Shown: in pieces, positions 36,767 to 40,000 of the stretch
Numbering within the stretch: the first letter of the stretch is position 1
How the letters are laid out: every line of letters starts with the position of its first letter
Assembly: GCA_963751295.1 (NCBI GenBank)
Contig: CAVVUA010000004.1
Coordinates: 231,000 to 270,999, forward strand
Direction: 5' to 3'
DNA: 40,000 nucleotides
Source of the DNA: an uncultured Acidobacteriota bacterium
GTDB taxonomy: Bacteria > Acidobacteriota > Terriglobia > Acidiferrales > UBA7541
The notes under the pieces: model-generated
Database searches by the model: none
Told to the model about the DNA's origin: nothing
The model's input: the letters and a program-made list of their open reading frames with translations, nothing else
Made by a program: the position numbers and the translations under genes

Positions 36767-36780
36767 GTCAACGCGGTTGG
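36767..36780. repeat. right copy of the 14-bp target-site duplication GTCAACGCGGTTGG
   Basis: Matches 21491-21504 at 14 of 14 positions in direct orientation. It immediately follows the TIR end. Confidence 0.85.
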
Positions 36781-36785
36781 CGCTT

Positions 36786-36812
36786 AGAAAATGGAGAGTT
36801 CGGCCGCTCTCC
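36786..36812 (-). terminator. candidate intrinsic terminator of the 93-aa gene
   Basis: The minus strand reads GGAGAGcggccgaaCTCTCC followed by AUUUUCU, 58 nt after the stop codon. The stem is only 6 bp. Confidence 0.4.
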
Positions 36813-36869
36813 CTTGCAGTCCTTAGCAGTGAACGAATTAACTGCGAAAAATCGAGATACGACTCAGCC

Positions 36870-37151
36870 TTACTTCCGGTGATCGGCAAATTCTGCGGCT
36901 TCTTTAAGCTCGCGATCTGCTGCGTCAATCAGATCCTTTGCTTTTTGCGCATGACCTCCGAGCTCATCTTTGTTCTCTTTCTGAGCTTCGTCGATCTTTC
37001 CATAAGCCTGCTGAAGGTGATGCTGCGCCTCCGAAAGATTTGGATGCCGTTGCGGGCTAATGTTAACGACGGGACCTTGGGCGAGGGCGAATCCACCGAA
37101 AACCAAGGCCCCTCCCAACACGAAGCTCAACACTAGATTCCTGCTTTTCAT
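36870..37151 (-). CDS. small secreted helical protein
   Basis: 93 aa. Signal peptide MKSRNLVLSFVLGGALVFGGFALAQG. GGAGA lies upstream of the ATG. Confidence 0.65.
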   Translation of the reverse strand: MKSRNLVLSFVLGGALVFGGFALAQGPVVNISPQRHPNLSEAQHHLQQAYGKIDEAQKENKDELGGHAQKAKDLIDAADRELKEAAEFADHRK

Positions 37152-37485
37152 GGCGAATGTCTCCTCTACGCGCTATGGCTTTGAAGTGCGTTGCTGAGGG
37201 CTGAGTGCGAGGATTGTATTCGATTTGGTGGAAGATTGGGTTGAAAAACGAACGAGCGCACTTTCTGCTTCTCCTTCCCCTGCCAACGCCGAGGGAGCAG
37301 GATGGGGGAGAGATTTAAACATTTTCTTGGTTGCGAACCCACAAATGGTTCGGTCGGATTTTATAATTGGGCAGAGCTATAGTTTGCAAATGGGAATTCC
37401 AAGAGTGTGGGCAGCTTGTCTTTTTCAGGGGTTACGGGATGATAGAAATATCCAGTAGTGGGGCTTCAACCGAGGGGCTTGGGAT

Positions 37486-40000
37486 TTGGAAAGCTGGAAT
37501 TCTCCTGGGTGGGGCTGGCGGCTTCTTCTCTGCATCGCGCTAGCACTGTTTTTTCTCCACGCCGTCATCCTGATGGCGGTGCCGTCGGAGTCCGCCGCTT
37601 CGCTGCTTTCCGATTCCATTCAAGTGGCATTTGGCCTGCTTGCAACTATATCGACGGTAACGGCCTCCCGCCGGATGAATCGGTTTGGAAAACATTTCTG
37701 GCTCCTGATTTCAGCATGTTTCCTGTTGTTGAGCGTGGCTCAGCTTATGGCCGCGTACTACAACAACTTCGCGCATCTGCCACTGCAGACACCATGGCCG
37801 AGCGACGTGCTTTTCTTTGTGTGCATGGCGCCCGCATTTATGGCGTTATTCCTCGATACGGAACGCGGATTGGAGTGGAAGAATTGGCCGCGCATCCTGG
37901 ATCTTGCACAGGTCGTGATCCTAACCGTAGCGGCTCACCTGCTTCTGTTTGCGCCGCCTGAACACTGGAAGATGGACGGTGGAGCTCTGGCCAGACTGAC
38001 ATGGCTACCGGACGCGGCGCGAGACACACTTCTGGTGGGGGCGTTCACACTGCGCGCGATAATGTCGCGGCGAAGGTTGGCGCGGAACCTCTATGGAAGG
38101 ATGGCTATCTTTTTCGCACTCTATTTTTGCGGGGAGGTGCCGTACCTCTACCTGCAATCCACGAAGAATTTGCAACCTGGCACGCTATGGGATTTGGCAT
38201 GGACCTTTCCTTTCCTGGCGATGACGATTCTGGCCGGTACATCAGGACCCTTGCCGGAAACGGTGGAGGGCGAGGAGCGATCGCGCGACAGAGAAGATTA
38301 TCTGGGCCAGTGGGGACTTATCCACCTCGTCCCGATGATCTTTCCGCTGGTTGTACTGCTGATGGCCGCGGGAATCGCGGAGAAGCAGCTGGGCGTCGCG
38401 ATCGTAATGGTCCTGGCATCCTTCGCATGCTCGAGCGCGCGTATTATTTTCAGCGAAAGGCTGCGGCGCCAATCGGACCTAGCGCTGGAAGAAAAGAACG
38501 CGCTGCTGAAATCCATCTTTGAAGGCACCGGCGATGCGGTGTACATCAAGGATTTGGAGGGGCACTACGTCATCGTTAACCCGGCGTTCGCGAAATACTT
38601 TGAGAAACCGGTTGAGGAGATTGTGGGAAAGACCGCAGCGCAACTGTTCGATTTCGCGACTGCGCGGCGGCTCTCGGAAACCGATCGATTGGTGATAGAA
38701 ACCGGCCGGGCACAAACATTTGAATACGAACTGCCATTAGCCCATGGGACACGCGCATTTTTGGTGATGAAGAGCCCGTATCAAGATGGCCAAGGTAAAA
38801 CGATCGGAGTCATCGTGGTGTCGCGCGATATCACGGAATATCGTGCGATGGAGGAACGGTTGCGCCAATCGCAGAAAATGGAGGCCATCGGCACGCTGGC
38901 AGGCGGCGTGGCACACGATTTCAACAACCTTTTGATGGTCATCGCGGGTTATGGCTCGGTATTGAATGAAGAGCTGGCGGGAGAAACAAAGCTGCGCGGC
39001 CACGTCGAACAGATACAAAAAGCCAGCGAACGAGCGGCGGCGCTAACGAGGCAATTGCTGGCGTTCAGCCGCAAGCAGACTATTCAGCCTGTGCCACTAA
39101 ACCTCAACACCGCGGTGAGCGGTGTGGAAAAACTTTTGAGGCGGCTCATCGGCGAAAATATTTCGATCGTGACGCGTTTGGCTCCCGAGCTCGGTTCGGT
39201 GAGGGCCGATGCCGGGCAGATCGAGCAGGTGATTCTAAACTTAGCGGTGAATGCCCGCGACGCAATGCCCGATGGAGGCAAACTGACCTTGGAAACGAAA
39301 CACCGGGAGATTGGCGCGGGGCGAAACGGCCAGGCGGAGGCCATCAAGCCGGGGCGTTATGTGGAACTGAGCGTGAGCGATACGGGAATTGGGATGGATG
39401 CGCAAATCCAAGGCCACGTATTCGAACCCTACTTCACAACAAAACCGTCTGGAAAAGGAACTGGGCTAGGCCTCTCGACGGTGTATGGGATCGTGCAGCA
39501 AGCCGGAGGTTACATCAGCTTTTCCAGCAAACCAGCAGAGGGCACGACTTTCAGCATTCTTCTTCCCCGCATCGATTCGGCGCAAGTGCCAAGCTCATCA
39601 TCAGATTTATCAGAGGTGTCCTATTCGGGCGAGGAAACCGTGCTTCTGGCGGAAGACGAACCGGCGGTATGCGATCTCGTGCGCGCCATTCTAACCGCGC
39701 GCGGATATACGGTTCTCTCCGCGCGCCTGCCTCAAGAGGCAGAGAGGATTTCTGAGACACACCAGGGCAAAATTGATCTGCTTCTGACAGATGTCATCAT
39801 GCCTGGAATGAGCGGGGCCGAACTCTCCAAACGAATCGCGATGCGCATTCCCGGCATAAAAGTGCTTTTCATGTCCGGGTACATTGACGATTCGGTTGTG
39901 CGCCAGGGGATCAGCGAAAACGAGACGGCCTTTCTGCAAAAACCATTCACGCCGATGAGTCTGGCAAAAAAAGTCCGGGAAGTGTTGGACGGAGCTGCCG
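37486..40000 (+). CDS. membrane-bound hybrid sensor histidine kinase (multi-TM sensor, PAS, HisKA, HATPase_c, receiver); 3' end beyond the window
   Basis: An open frame (positions = 1 mod 3) runs from the stop at 37456-37458 to the window end and is not listed in the track. TM helices come first, then PAS (IFEGTGDAVYIKDLEGHYVIVNPAF). H-box is GGVAHDFNNLL, N-box LNLAVNARDAM, G1 DTGIGMD, G2 GTGLGLS. Receiver is VLLAEDEP...DLLLTDVIMPGMSG...QKPF. The TTG start at 37486 (GAGGGG upstream) is tentative. Confidence 0.88.
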   Translation, partial: MESWNSPGWGWRLLLCIALALFFLHAVILMAVPSESAASLLSDSIQVAFGLLATISTVTASRRMNRFGKHFWLLISACFLLLSVAQLMAAYYNNFAHLPLQTPWPSDVLFFVCMAPAFMALFLDTERGLEWKNWPRILDLAQVVILTVAAHLLLFAPPEHWKMDGGALARLTWLPDAARDTLLVGAFTLRAIMSRRRLARNLYGRMAIFFALYFCGEVPYLYLQSTKNLQPGTLWDLAWTFPFLAMTILAGTSGPLPETVEGEERSRDREDYLGQWGLIHLVPMIFPLVVLLMAAGIAEKQLGVAIVMVLASFACSSARIIFSERLRRQSDLALEEKNALLKSIFEGTGDAVYIKDLEGHYVIVNPAFAKYFEKPVEEIVGKTAAQLFDFATARRLSETDRLVIETGRAQTFEYELPLAHGTRAFLVMKSPYQDGQGKTIGVIVVSRDITEYRAMEERLRQSQKMEAIGTLAGGVAHDFNNLLMVIAGYGSVLNEELAGETKLRGHVEQIQKASERAAALTRQLLAFSRKQTIQPVPLNLNTAVSGVEKLLRRLIGENISIVTRLAPELGSVRADAGQIEQVILNLAVNARDAMPDGGKLTLETKHREIGAGRNGQAEAIKPGRYVELSVSDTGIGMDAQIQGHVFEPYFTTKPSGKGTGLGLSTVYGIVQQAGGYISFSSKPAEGTTFSILLPRIDSAQVPSSSSDLSEVSYSGEETVLLAEDEPAVCDLVRAILTARGYTVLSARLPQEAERISETHQGKIDLLLTDVIMPGMSGAELSKRIAMRIPGIKVLFMSGYIDDSVVRQGISENETAFLQKPFTPMSLAKKVREVLDGAA

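Noticed and set aside
37458-38522. Track ORFs 37458..37961(+) and 38001..38522(+)
   Set aside because: They are in a different frame from the long open frame that encodes clear TM/PAS/HisKA/HATPase/REC domains through to the window end. Their sequences are Arg/Gly/Ala-rich shadow ORFs.

Overview
The window looks like a chromosomal segment from a moderately GC-rich soil-type bacterium. An Acidobacteriota-like host is my inference from gene content and REP-like hairpins, not something I could prove here.

Positions 1-21,490 are ordinary. They carry an M28 peptidase, two S9/DPP-IV peptidases, an NmrA-like protein, a radical SAM enzyme, a Crp/Fnr regulator, a REC-PAS-GGDEF protein, a GAF protein, folK, a beta-carbonic anhydrase and ruvB-ruvA.

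Positions 21,505-36,766 are the interesting part: a 15,262-bp casposon-like self-synthesizing transposon.
- It is bounded by ~84-bp terminal inverted repeats with a 36-bp perfect core.
- An exact 14-bp direct repeat (GTCAACGCGGTTGG) abuts both ends.
- It encodes a stand-alone Cas1 homolog, with no cas2 and no CRISPR array nearby.
- An HTH / HNH-like / family-B DNA polymerase operon sits next to Cas1.
- The cargo includes two PD-(D/E)xK-like nuclease candidates and small membrane or secreted proteins.

The element has itself been colonised by other mobile DNA.
- An intact IS3-family IS with a 4-bp TSD splits the polymerase gene. Removing it in silico restores the reading frame.
- A 1.9-kb group II intron carries an RT/maturase ORF.
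- A related 0.84-kb ORF-less group II intron is also present.
- A 101-bp MITE-like insert is a weaker call.

Both introns and the MITE-like insert sit at or within copies of a ~30-55-bp imperfect-palindrome motif. This motif recurs five times in the cargo half of the element.

The right flank holds a small secreted protein with a terminator, and a membrane PAS/HisKA/HATPase/REC hybrid histidine kinase that runs off the window. All coordinates and motifs were read by eye from the sequence. No database search was possible.
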